Shown here: positions 9,232 to 17,126 of the stretch, piece after piece
How the letters are laid out: every line of letters starts with the position of its first letter
Numbering within the stretch: the stretch's first letter is position 1
Assembly: GCA_038230095.1 (NCBI GenBank)
Contig: JBBRNT010000007.1
Coordinates: 1 to 57,209, forward strand
Length of the DNA: 57,209 nucleotides
Direction: 5' to 3'
Source: Candidatus Saccharimonadia bacterium
Lineage (GTDB): Bacteria; Patescibacteriota; Saccharimonadia; UBA4664; JBBRNT01
Notes under the pieces: generated by a model
Told to the model about the DNA's origin: nothing
Seen by the model: the letters and a program-made list of their open reading frames with translations, nothing else
The model's database searches: none
Position numbers and translations under genes: made by a program

Positions 9232-9254
9232 GGTTCTTCGTGCGTATTATCTGG

Positions 9255-9381
9255 GCAGTTCCTTAGACAATAGTCGACACAAACCAAGCCTAGCTGTTTG
9301 TAGAGGCAAAGGAGTGGCCACGTAAGTCGCAGCAACAGTGTCTAAGCTGTTGTGAAGACTGAAACGTTGCTACGGATACGT
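9255..9381 (+). ncRNA. Candidate structured leader RNA with pseudoknot potential
   Basis: Hairpin gcaacag/ctgttgt whose 8-nt loop tgtctaag (9339-9346) is exactly complementary to cttagaca (9262-9269); extra stems acaaac/gtttgt and agtc/gact. Confidence 0.4.
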
Positions 9382-9467
9382 GCGCGAGTGGTGAAATGGT
9401 ATACACGCTAGATTCAGGTTCTAGTGGGGGCAACCCCGTGGAGGTTCAAGTCCTCTCTCGCGCACCA
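9382..9467 (+). tRNA. tRNA-Leu(CAG)
   Basis: 86 nt, anticodon stem CTAGA/TCTAG, loop TTCAGGT, long variable arm, CCA end. Confidence 0.96.
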
Positions 9468-9502
9468 TACAAAAAGACCTACGAGAGTAGGTCTTTTTGT
9501 AT
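9467..9502. terminator. Bidirectional intrinsic terminator
   Basis: atacaaaaagacctac-gaga-gtaggtctttttgtat. Confidence 0.85.
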
Positions 9503-9514
9503 GGTCAGATAAGA

Positions 9515-11278
9515 CTAGTCTATGGAACGCTGGGCGGTAGTAGAGAGGATGGTCCAGTGCTCTATGCCATAGAAGCGATCGGCGGGGACCACGGGGTGTA
9601 GATCCGTCTGCCCCGCAACGTGACTACTCTGGAGGTAGAAATAGTACGGGCTGTAGAGCACGACTGCGGGAGCGTCAGACTTCCAGGCCGCCTGAAAGCT
9701 GGCATACTTACCGGTACGCACGTCCTTATCGGTGTTGACTCGCCCAGCCTCTAGCGCAGCATCGGCGGCGGGCGATTTGTAGACCGATAGGTTCTGGCCT
9801 GGATCTGCCACCTGGGACGAGTGCCAGTAGCCATAGACGTCTGGGTCGGCGCCTATAGTGATGCCAAAGAGCAGAATGTCATAGTTGCGCGGGCGTATGT
9901 AGGTTTGCTGGAGGTCGTCCCGGCTAGCCAGGGTAATGTCTAGCGCTACTCCCACGGCAGCCCACTGGCGCTTGACCTCGGTGGCTACAGCAGGCATGGA
10001 GCCGCTATCTAGCGTGGCTAGCTTGAGTATAAGCGGCTTGCCGCCTTTCTGCCGAACACCGCCGTCCCCCACTATCCAGCCAGCGGCGTCCAAGGCCGCG
10101 GTAGCCTGGGCCGTATTGAAGGGAGCAGGCTGGGCCTTGGCGCTGTAACCAAGCTGGCCGGGCAGTATTGGGCCTGTTACCAGGCGCGCGCGACCGTCAA
10201 AGACCGTGTCGATGAGTGCGCGCCGGTTGATAGCCTGCGATAAGGCCAGCCGGACGGCTTTGTCGCCTAGTAACGGCGCTGTAGTTTTAAAGAACAAATC
10301 ATTCTCGATCGGCAGGTCTAGCTCGGTCAGGACGGCATCCTTGAGCTTGACGGCGCTATCTACGGCTGTAGGGTCAATGCGGCTCACGCCATCTACTTGC
10401 TGCTTGGCGTAGGCTGCCTTGGCATCATCAGTAGTCTGGTAGGTCTTAAGCTGTATCGCATCAAGACGCGGACGTCCACTATAGTAGCCTGGGTTGGCGT
10501 CGAGGAGTATATCGTGCTCCGCGGCGTTGAAGCTAGCAAGCTTGAATGGACCGGTGCCAATAGGGTGCTGGTTGAAGTCCGCTACACGAAGCTTGGAAGG
10601 ATCGGTCGACTCCAGAAGGTGACGGGGCAAAATGCCGACGGTGGCAGCATCTAGGAATGGTGGGTAAGAGTTAGGTAGATTAAACACTATTGTCAGATCA
10701 TCCAGAATATCGGCTGTAACGCCCTGCCAGCTGCTGGCCAGAGGTGACCGGGAGTCCGGGTTCTGGATAGCGGCGAGAGTAAAGGCCACGTCCTGCGCAC
10801 TAAATGCTAGGCCGTCGTGCCAGGTAACGCCTGGACGGAGATGGAAAGTGTAGTGTTTGCCATCGGCCGAAACGGACCAGCTCGAGGCTAGGTCAGCCTC
10901 TAGAACACGGCTAGGATTATACCGCACCAGGCCACTATAGATGAGACGATTCACATCCTGGCTTGCGGACGTATCCGGTAGAATCGGGTTCATAATACGT
11001 ACCTCACCTACCAGAGCCTCGCGGTACGTCCCACCCGACCGAGGCCGGGTGAGATCGGCTGTAGCCTGTAGGCTAGTGATGCTTCCCAGGAGTAACCACC
11101 CAGCAACCAGCAGAACACCCCACCAGGTAAGGATAAGCCGGCGAATAATGCCCAGCTGGTGCCACTTGCCAAGGATATGCCTCTGAACATAGTTGCCCAG
11201 CCAGAGTCGCCAGACCTTGGTATTGCGCTGAAACTTGCGCCAGTTCCGTGACCACCGAAATTTCAGATAAGCAAACAC
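9515..11278 (-). CDS. Peptide ABC transporter substrate-binding protein (SBP family 5, OppA-like)
   Basis: LIYSGLVR, LASSWSVSADGKHYTFHLR, WHDG, PIGTGPF, YWHSSQ; N-terminal TM anchor. Confidence 0.92.
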   Translation of the reverse strand: MFAYLKFRWSRNWRKFQRNTKVWRLWLGNYVQRHILGKWHQLGIIRRLILTWWGVLLVAGWLLLGSITSLQATADLTRPRSGGTYREALVGEVRIMNPILPDTSASQDVNRLIYSGLVRYNPSRVLEADLASSWSVSADGKHYTFHLRPGVTWHDGLAFSAQDVAFTLAAIQNPDSRSPLASSWQGVTADILDDLTIVFNLPNSYPPFLDAATVGILPRHLLESTDPSKLRVADFNQHPIGTGPFKLASFNAAEHDILLDANPGYYSGRPRLDAIQLKTYQTTDDAKAAYAKQQVDGVSRIDPTAVDSAVKLKDAVLTELDLPIENDLFFKTTAPLLGDKAVRLALSQAINRRALIDTVFDGRARLVTGPILPGQLGYSAKAQPAPFNTAQATAALDAAGWIVGDGGVRQKGGKPLILKLATLDSGSMPAVATEVKRQWAAVGVALDITLASRDDLQQTYIRPRNYDILLFGITIGADPDVYGYWHSSQVADPGQNLSVYKSPAADAALEAGRVNTDKDVRTGKYASFQAAWKSDAPAVVLYSPYYFYLQSSHVAGQTDLHPVVPADRFYGIEHWTILSTTAQRSID

Positions 11279-11335
11279 GCTAGTACAGCCCTATCCAGGA
11301 CCTGCCCCTCGGCTCTGACTGCGTTGGGTGTATCA

Positions 11336-11557
11336 TTATTTCTTTGCTAGGATGCCTAGAACAATCGAGAGAATGAAAACTACTGCCAGCACGATAGTAG
11401 CGTTATAGATGACTTTTTCGGCGCCGCGTTTCGAACGATAGAAATTGCTATCGCCACCAAAGGACATACCCAGACTCTGGCCACGAGACTGCAGCAACAC
11501 TGTGGCGATCATAAGCACGCCACTAATCATGGTCATAATGTTAAAAATTAGCTTCAT
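11336..11557 (-). CDS. secG: Preprotein translocase subunit SecG
   Basis: Two TMs around VLLQSRGQSLGMSFGG...RGAEK. Confidence 0.93.
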   Translation of the reverse strand: MKLIFNIMTMISGVLMIATVLLQSRGQSLGMSFGGDSNFYRSKRGAEKVIYNATIVLAVVFILSIVLGILAKK

Positions 11558-11913
11558 ACGGTCTTTTTCTCCACGAGCAGATCATTTAATAGGTAGTTTA
11601 CGAGCCAGACAATCATCACCGCCCCAATAGCAGACCAGAACGATGTTACGGTAAACTTATGGTAGATGAGCGTTACCAGATAGAGCATAAAACCATTCAC
11701 CACCAGCGTAAAGAGCCCAAGGGTGAGAATAATAGCTGGTAGGGCAAGTACTAAGACAATTGGGCGTATTAGTGCATTGACGAGTGAGAATACCAGTGCC
11801 GCAATGATGAGCACTGCTATGCGATCATCGTACTTAATGCCACTCAGCAAGGCCGCTGCGGCCCAGAGCCCAAGAAAGTTTACTAGCCAACGTAACAGAA
11901 AACGTCGAATCAT
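11554..11913 (-). CDS. Phage holin family 4 (YvlD-like) membrane protein
   Basis: VNALIRPIV...LPAIILTLGLFTLVVNG signature. Confidence 0.9.
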   Translation of the reverse strand: MIRRFLLRWLVNFLGLWAAAALLSGIKYDDRIAVLIIAALVFSLVNALIRPIVLVLALPAIILTLGLFTLVVNGFMLYLVTLIYHKFTVTSFWSAIGAVMIVWLVNYLLNDLLVEKKTV

Positions 11914-11944
11914 GGGACTATCCTAGCATAAATTGACCGAGGAG

Positions 11945-12898
11945 TCACTTGGTGTCGGGGTCTGGTGGCAGGTCTTCGGGTAGTATTAGCATGGCTGAGG
12001 GAGTCTGGGACTGGGGGGAAGTGGCCGGCGAACCAGAGACTAGCTGGCGGCGAAAGTGGGCTAACACGCGCTGGTGGAGGAGCCACCATGCGATGATAGC
12101 CACGAGGAGCACTAGGCCAATACCGCTGGCGTAGCCCAGAACCTGGACCGTGTTCCCTGCCACCGTGACCTTCTGGCCGGCGAAGCTGACCACCGCTGGT
12201 GTCGTAGACGTAGCGGGGATGGCGGTGAAGAACGGGGTGACAATACCGGGGTTGGCACCTTTACCTGGCAGTCCGGTGCCACCGGAAGATGAGCCTGAGC
12301 CGGCTGGAGTAGGACTCGCTGAACCGCTTCCAGAGCCTGCCCCCGGGGTGGGGCTGGGGCCAGCACCGGGGTTAGGACTTGGATTAGGGCTCGGCGATAC
12401 ACCCGTAGCAGCACAGGCGTCCCCGGTGCCCGTGGGTGGGGTGCAGGAAGAGCTGGTGGTGTCGGTGGTGAAAATTACCCGGTCCACTTGCACGCCGGTT
12501 TCGCGCCCAGTAAGTACTACCCTGTGGCTTGTTACTGAGAGCGCTATGTCCACCGGAGTGGTAGGCTGTCCGAGCTTATAGTTGACCCAGACCCATTGGC
12601 CGGGCGTAATACTGGCACTATCACCAATGACTATACCCGCGCCATTATCTACCTGGAGCCAAAAAGAGTTACTGGTTGTGTCCGGCACCTTAACGCGGCT
12701 CCATACGCGATAGGTACCCGCGGAGCTAATAGTAATATTGCCCGTCACCGTGCCGCAGGCGCTGTTGGGAGCCGTGGTGCAGTTTACTGCAGCACTTACC
12801 GGTGCGGCTAGGCCGATAGCCAGAATCACACCGGCAAATAGCGCCATGAACTGTTGCGCTCGACGGGGACGCAGAATTGGTACGGTGAATCTCTGCAT
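11945..12898 (-). CDS. Surface protein: signal peptide, carbohydrate-binding-like beta domain, Pro/Ser/Gly linker, C-terminal TM
   Basis: GTYRVWSR, NSFWLQVD, REtGVQVDRV, PSPNPSPNP linker; start trimmed to ATG 12898. Confidence 0.8.
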   Translation of the reverse strand: MQRFTVPILRPRRAQQFMALFAGVILAIGLAAPVSAAVNCTTAPNSACGTVTGNITISSAGTYRVWSRVKVPDTTSNSFWLQVDNGAGIVIGDSASITPGQWVWVNYKLGQPTTPVDIALSVTSHRVVLTGRETGVQVDRVIFTTDTTSSSCTPPTGTGDACAATGVSPSPNPSPNPGAGPSPTPGAGSGSGSASPTPAGSGSSSGGTGLPGKGANPGIVTPFFTAIPATSTTPAVVSFAGQKVTVAGNTVQVLGYASGIGLVLLVAIIAWWLLHQRVLAHFRRQLVSGSPATSPQSQTPSAMLILPEDLPPDPDTK

Positions 12899-12942
12899 AT
12901 TGCTTGTGTTTACTATACCAGATAAGCACCCGCTAGCAAGCA

Positions 12943-13110
12943 CTAGCTGTGGACGTAGCGGTAGGCCAGGTATATCCCCAGGATGCCGCCAATAGCGGTG
13001 AGTACGACACTCCAGCCGGAGAGTAAGCCGCTGCCCCAGAGTGTGGGGACAAAGCCGCCAATAGTGGAGCCCAAGCCAGCGCCAATCGTGATGACCAGCT
13101 TATCCGACAT
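12943..13110 (-). CDS. 55-aa Gly-rich membrane protein (below the ORF-track cutoff)
   Basis: MSDKLVITIGAGLGSTIGGFVPTLWGSGLLSGWSVVLTAIGGILGIYLAYRYVHS; TAATG coupling to the upstream ORF. Confidence 0.75.
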   Translation of the reverse strand: MSDKLVITIGAGLGSTIGGFVPTLWGSGLLSGWSVVLTAIGGILGIYLAYRYVHS

Positions 13111-13295
13111 TAGCGGTGGCCACTACGACGTTGCGGCGCGGCGCTGCGTGGCGAGTTGAGCATTTGGCCCAGCGTCTTAACGCCTGCGCCGCTGACGGGC
13201 ATGCCGGGATTGCGCTTCTTGTCGCGCTCGGCGGCGCGGCGCTCAGCGCGGTTCTGAGGGGTAGTCTCTTCGAGAGGCTCGGTAGTTTCGGTCAT
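13110..13295 (-). CDS. Small hypothetical protein
   Basis: ATGA overlap with the uvrC stop and TAATG overlap with the downstream gene; AGGAG SD. Confidence 0.6.
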   Translation of the reverse strand: MTETTEPLEETTPQNRAERRAAERDKKRNPGMPVSGAGVKTLGQMLNSPRSAAPQRRSGHR

Positions 13296-14767
13296 GTTAT
13301 GTGCTCCTTTATGATTTTGGCCTTCGCCGGCCCAATAATTTGTGCAATTTCTTCTTCGGAGGCCTGGGCTACACCGCGAACGCTACCAAAGGCTTTGACG
13401 AGCCTAGTCCTGGTGGATGGTCCTACGCCTGGAACCTCGTCTAGCTGAGACTTGGTCTGGCGCTTACCGCGCAGTAGGGTGTGGTAGGTGACTGCAAAAC
13501 GGTGGGCTTCATCCCGCACTCGCTGCAGCAATTGTAATACGTGCGAGGTAGGGGGCAAGAGGATAATCTCGAAATCGTAGTTCGCAACCACCCAGGCCTC
13601 GCCCTCGTAGTGCCCGCGCGACAGGGCGGTAGTGCCAGGGCGGCGGCGAATTATCTCCTCTTCCCGCTTGGCGAGACCAAAAGCCGGTATCTGGATACCT
13701 AGCTCATCCATGACAGCCAGGGCAGCGCCCAGCTGCCCCTTGCCGCCGTCGATAAGCAGCAAGTCTGGCTTGCCCCAGTCTACTAGATTCTTGCCGCTAA
13801 AACGGCGGCGGATGACTTCGGCCATATGGGCAAAGTCATTATTACCTGGCAGGCGCATTTTGAAGTGCCGGTACTGGTCGCGGTCCGAGACGCCGTCAGA
13901 GAAGACCACCATGCTAGCTACATTGTCTGAGCCCTGCATATGGCTAATGTCATAGGCCTCGATGCGGCGAGGCAGACCAGGCAGATTGAGCCGCTCGGCT
14001 AGCCCCACTAGGGCCTGGTCGCGCGATAGATCAAACAGTTCTTCATCGCCGAAGATCATCTGCTTGCCCAGCGCACCCAGATCGCGCAACTGGTCACGGT
14101 AACGGGCGGCGGCCTCATAATTCTTGGTCTTGGCGGCCTTGGCCATGTCTTTCTGGATCTCTGTCACCACCTTGCCCTCTTCGCCCTGCAGGTACATAAG
14201 CAGCTTGCGCACGGTCTTCTTGTAGTCGGCCGAGGGTGTGCCTGGGGCCGGCGTAAGGCCCAGCTGGTAGTTCAAGGGGCTCACATGCGGCCAGTTGGGA
14301 TCGCTAATGTAGGGGAATACTCGCCGTAGCAGCTTCATGGCGCGCTTCACAGTATCTGTTGCCGTAAATGGTCCGAAGTACGTGCTCTTATCGTCCATGG
14401 GCCGGCGGACGTAGCTAACCACCGGGTAGGCGTCCTCGGTGGTTATCTTAATGTAGATAAAGTGCTTATCATCCTTGAGATCAATATTGAACTTGGGCCG
14501 GTAGCGCTTAATAAGCTCAGACTCCAGAAATAGCGCCTCTACCTCGCTGCCCACGGTGACCCACTCGGTGTCGGCAATGTTCTCCACCAGAATGGCCGTC
14601 TTGGGATCGCGCAGCTTGGTGTTCTGGAAGTACGATTTGACCCGGTTTTTCAGGACGGCGGCCTTACCAATGTAGATAATCTTACCCTGCGCGTCTTTAT
14701 GAAAGTACACACCGGGTTCGGCGGGAAGGGTTTTGAGCTTGTCCTGGAGTGCTTGGGAGATGACCAT
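13292..14767 (-). CDS. uvrC: Excinuclease ABC subunit C
   Basis: GIY-YIG (PGVY...IYIGKA), UVR domain, RIEAYDISH, PDLLLIDGGKGQL, RDEAHRFA, HhH. Confidence 0.97.
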   Translation of the reverse strand: MVISQALQDKLKTLPAEPGVYFHKDAQGKIIYIGKAAVLKNRVKSYFQNTKLRDPKTAILVENIADTEWVTVGSEVEALFLESELIKRYRPKFNIDLKDDKHFIYIKITTEDAYPVVSYVRRPMDDKSTYFGPFTATDTVKRAMKLLRRVFPYISDPNWPHVSPLNYQLGLTPAPGTPSADYKKTVRKLLMYLQGEEGKVVTEIQKDMAKAAKTKNYEAAARYRDQLRDLGALGKQMIFGDEELFDLSRDQALVGLAERLNLPGLPRRIEAYDISHMQGSDNVASMVVFSDGVSDRDQYRHFKMRLPGNNDFAHMAEVIRRRFSGKNLVDWGKPDLLLIDGGKGQLGAALAVMDELGIQIPAFGLAKREEEIIRRRPGTTALSRGHYEGEAWVVANYDFEIILLPPTSHVLQLLQRVRDEAHRFAVTYHTLLRGKRQTKSQLDEVPGVGPSTRTRLVKAFGSVRGVAQASEEEIAQIIGPAKAKIIKEHIT

Positions 14768-14875
14768 ACTCCTATTATAGCGGATGGTGCCCCTTGACGA
14801 TAGCCACTATTTGGTATTTAATATGCCCACGCGTTCTCACCTGAACGAGCACCCTACACCATGCCTGGAGGCGTC

Positions 14876-15304
14876 ATGACCACCACCGAAGCATTTCTGG
14901 CCGAGGCTGGACCACTGCTAGACCAAGCCTTTGAAGTCTTATGGCCGCTCTGCCGGCCTGAGAACGAGGCCGATTTTTCGAACCCGCCGACACAGCCTGG
15001 CTGGTACTGGGACTCAATCAGCAAAGGACGGATTATATCGCTCATATTCGTGCACTCTGCGGCCCGGCGGCAGACGGTGACCAGGCACGTGCACGGTGCC
15101 AAGTGGAACGGCAACGCCGGCTACTTTCTGACCGATGGCATGACTGCCGAGTCTTTTGCGCTGGGCATTATGCCCGATGGTGACCAGTGGGTATCGACCA
15201 GGGGTAGCTCTCGTGTATCCGAGCTGGACACGGGCCTAGCCGAGACCTTTCTCTCCGCCATCCGGACCACTATTGCGCAAGCGAGCCCAGTCGCCACGTC
15301 GTGA
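14876..15304 (+). CDS. Hypothetical protein
   Basis: GGAGG SD before ATG 14876, TTGACG promoter-like element upstream, own terminator. Confidence 0.7.
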   Translation: MTTTEAFLAEAGPLLDQAFEVLWPLCRPENEADFSNPPTQPGWYWDSISKGRIISLIFVHSAARRQTVTRHVHGAKWNGNAGYFLTDGMTAESFALGIMPDGDQWVSTRGSSRVSELDTGLAETFLSAIRTTIAQASPVATS

Positions 15305-15325
15305 CACGCACACCCCCACAAACCC

Positions 15326-15356
15326 AAACCCCGCTAGATTGCTCTAGCGGGGTTTT
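15326..15356. terminator. Bidirectional intrinsic terminator
   Basis: aaaccccgctaga-ttgc-tctagcggggttt. Confidence 0.8.
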
Positions 15357-15378
15357 CCATATGGTCCTAAAACTGACG

Positions 15379-15834
15379 TTACTTAGAGTTGTAGATTGGG
15401 TAGTTACCATAAATGTAGACGGTGGCGGTGAAGCAAGACCGCCCTTTGGTATGCTGGCTGGGGTTGAAGTAGTCTAGACCGCTAGTGCTATACCGTGATT
15501 GCTTAGTAGGCAGCGTATTGGTCTTGAAAACAGCACAGAGCTGGTACTTGTGGTCCTGCGCGGTACTGCTCACGTGGGTAGTGCTAGGCAACAAATGGTA
15601 CTCATAGCCACGCTCAGCCATGCGTTTCTTATCCACTTTGGTCGCAATACCGTCCAGAGATAATGGCAAAACATGCCCGGAATTGGCCTGAGTTGAAATA
15701 TCCGTCTCGATCTGGGTGAGATCGGTGACAATCTGCTCGTCGTAGCGGACAGTCGCCCCCAGGCTGGCCTGAATGCCAACAACAACCACGCAAACAGCCA
15801 CAATGACTGCCGCACCTAGGTAATAGTTGCGCAT
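15379..15834 (-). CDS. Membrane-anchored hypothetical protein, usual partner of DUF5671
   Basis: N-terminal TM, DxQIVxDL, LPxSL, YEY, YQLCAVF, HxxGRSCF. Confidence 0.75.
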   Translation of the reverse strand: MRNYYLGAAVIVAVCVVVVGIQASLGATVRYDEQIVTDLTQIETDISTQANSGHVLPLSLDGIATKVDKKRMAERGYEYHLLPSTTHVSSTAQDHKYQLCAVFKTNTLPTKQSRYSTSGLDYFNPSQHTKGRSCFTATVYIYGNYPIYNSK

Positions 15835-15847
15835 AGTTCCGGCCACC

Positions 15848-16525
15848 CTATTGCTCCTCATGGCGGTGCTCGTCCCGCCAGTAATAGAAGAAAATGCCGC
15901 CGGCAATAGCTACCGTGATGATCATGTGAATGAGATTGCCAGCCGGTCTTACCTCCGCATCGGCACTATTCAGCAGGCTATAAATGTAGGACACAATGTG
16001 GCCCAGTCCAACCAGGAATGTTATGAGTAGCGTTAGCTGGGTCATGCGGCGGCGCGAGGCGTCTTGCCGGATGGTGCTGTCTTTCAACTCGGCTTTCTTG
16101 AGACGCAGGAAAAGCACCAAGAAGACTGGCAGCGTCACTAGTAAGGCGGCACTAGCAAAGGAGACGCCGGCCTCGTAGACTGTGCCGGACTGGCCCAAGG
16201 CGCTGTCAACGAAGTTATGGAGGATCCAGCCCAGTGAGGTGGCGGCAACGCCAAGGGCAATGAACATGATCACGTACTCCAGTCCCCGAGTAGTCCAGTT
16301 GGAGACCACGGCAATAGGCTGCCCAGGCTTCATGGGGCTTGGCAAACTGCCCATAGGCGCACTGGTGTGTGGGGAGGGTGCGGCGGGTAGGAACGGCTTG
16401 GCCAGGAGAGCACTGCGGGCCTCTGCCTCCGGCCAACCAGCGGCCACCAGCAGATCGCCAATTTCGCTATCGGCCACGCTCTCCGATCGTGCGAGCTTAA
16501 TATAGTCGTACAACTCCTGCTTCAT
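15848..16525 (-). CDS. DUF5671-type membrane protein
   Basis: N-terminal YIxxARxxx...LVAAGW domain, 4 TM, C-terminal GGIFFYYW. Confidence 0.75.
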   Translation of the reverse strand: MKQELYDYIKLARSESVADSEIGDLLVAAGWPEAEARSALLAKPFLPAAPSPHTSAPMGSLPSPMKPGQPIAVVSNWTTRGLEYVIMFIALGVAATSLGWILHNFVDSALGQSGTVYEAGVSFASAALLVTLPVFLVLFLRLKKAELKDSTIRQDASRRRMTQLTLLITFLVGLGHIVSYIYSLLNSADAEVRPAGNLIHMIITVAIAGGIFFYYWRDEHRHEEQ

Positions 16526-16591
16526 ACCCTGACCCTCTTATGGTTGTTATAGTACGCTGAGAGCAGGCTGAGGGCAACTGTGGCTAGCGTA

Positions 16592-16756
16592 TTAGATTGC
16601 CTGCAAAGCGAGTAGACGCAATATAGGTGGTACAACGACAAAAAGTAGGGCGATAACCAGAATAGCTCCAACCACTATCCAAATAATTAAGTTTTTGCGC
16701 GCACCTACGACGTCGTCTTTACTCCTAGCGGTATGGCCATTACGCTTTTGCTTCAT
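16592..16756 (-). CDS. Small single-TM hypothetical protein
   Basis: MKQKRNG... followed by one TM; AT-rich region. Confidence 0.45.
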   Translation of the reverse strand: MKQKRNGHTARSKDDVVGARKNLIIWIVVGAILVIALLFVVVPPILRLLALQAI

Positions 16757-16827
16757 GCAGTCACGATAACATTTTCGGAGAATAGATAGTAGGTAAGATG
16801 AATATTTATCCGATGACAGCACTTAGG

Positions 16828-17091
16828 TTATTTTGCACAGGTCGTGATACCCGACAGCACGCAGTTTGTACCGCCCAATCTGTATAGTAAACACGATAAA
16901 CCCAAAGCCAAAAGTACGAGAAGTGGTGCAAGTATATTGATTCTTGCTTTTGTTTTATGGTATTTGCTCAGACCAAACATAACGCCGAATGCTACAACAA
17001 AGATTGCTACGTAGCTTACCCAGTCGATGATGTCGAGAAGCCAAAATGAGTCTGAAGAGTTCACTATTTTTCCTTTGATTAATTCTACCAT
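16828..17091 (-). CDS. Small 2-TM hypothetical protein (AT-rich)
   Basis: 87-aa ORF with two hydrophobic helices. Confidence 0.55.
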   Translation of the reverse strand: MVELIKGKIVNSSDSFWLLDIIDWVSYVAIFVVAFGVMFGLSKYHKTKARINILAPLLVLLALGLSCLLYRLGGTNCVLSGITTCAK

Positions 17092-17096
17092 AGTAA

Positions 17097-17122
17097 AAGG
17101 GAGGGCCTTTCGGCCCTCCCTT
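17097..17122. terminator. Intrinsic terminator
   Basis: aagggagggcc-tttc-ggccctccctt directly after the 17127 stop. Confidence 0.8.
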
Positions 17123-17126
17123 GTGT

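Noticed and set aside
9340-9370. Hammerhead ribozyme core (tgaaga...gaaac)
   Set aside because: CUGANGA is not intact and there is no room for stem II.
11554-11913. Holin as evidence of a prophage
   Set aside because: YvlD-like family-4 holin homologs are commonly chromosomal; this one is coupled to secG and no phage genes are nearby.
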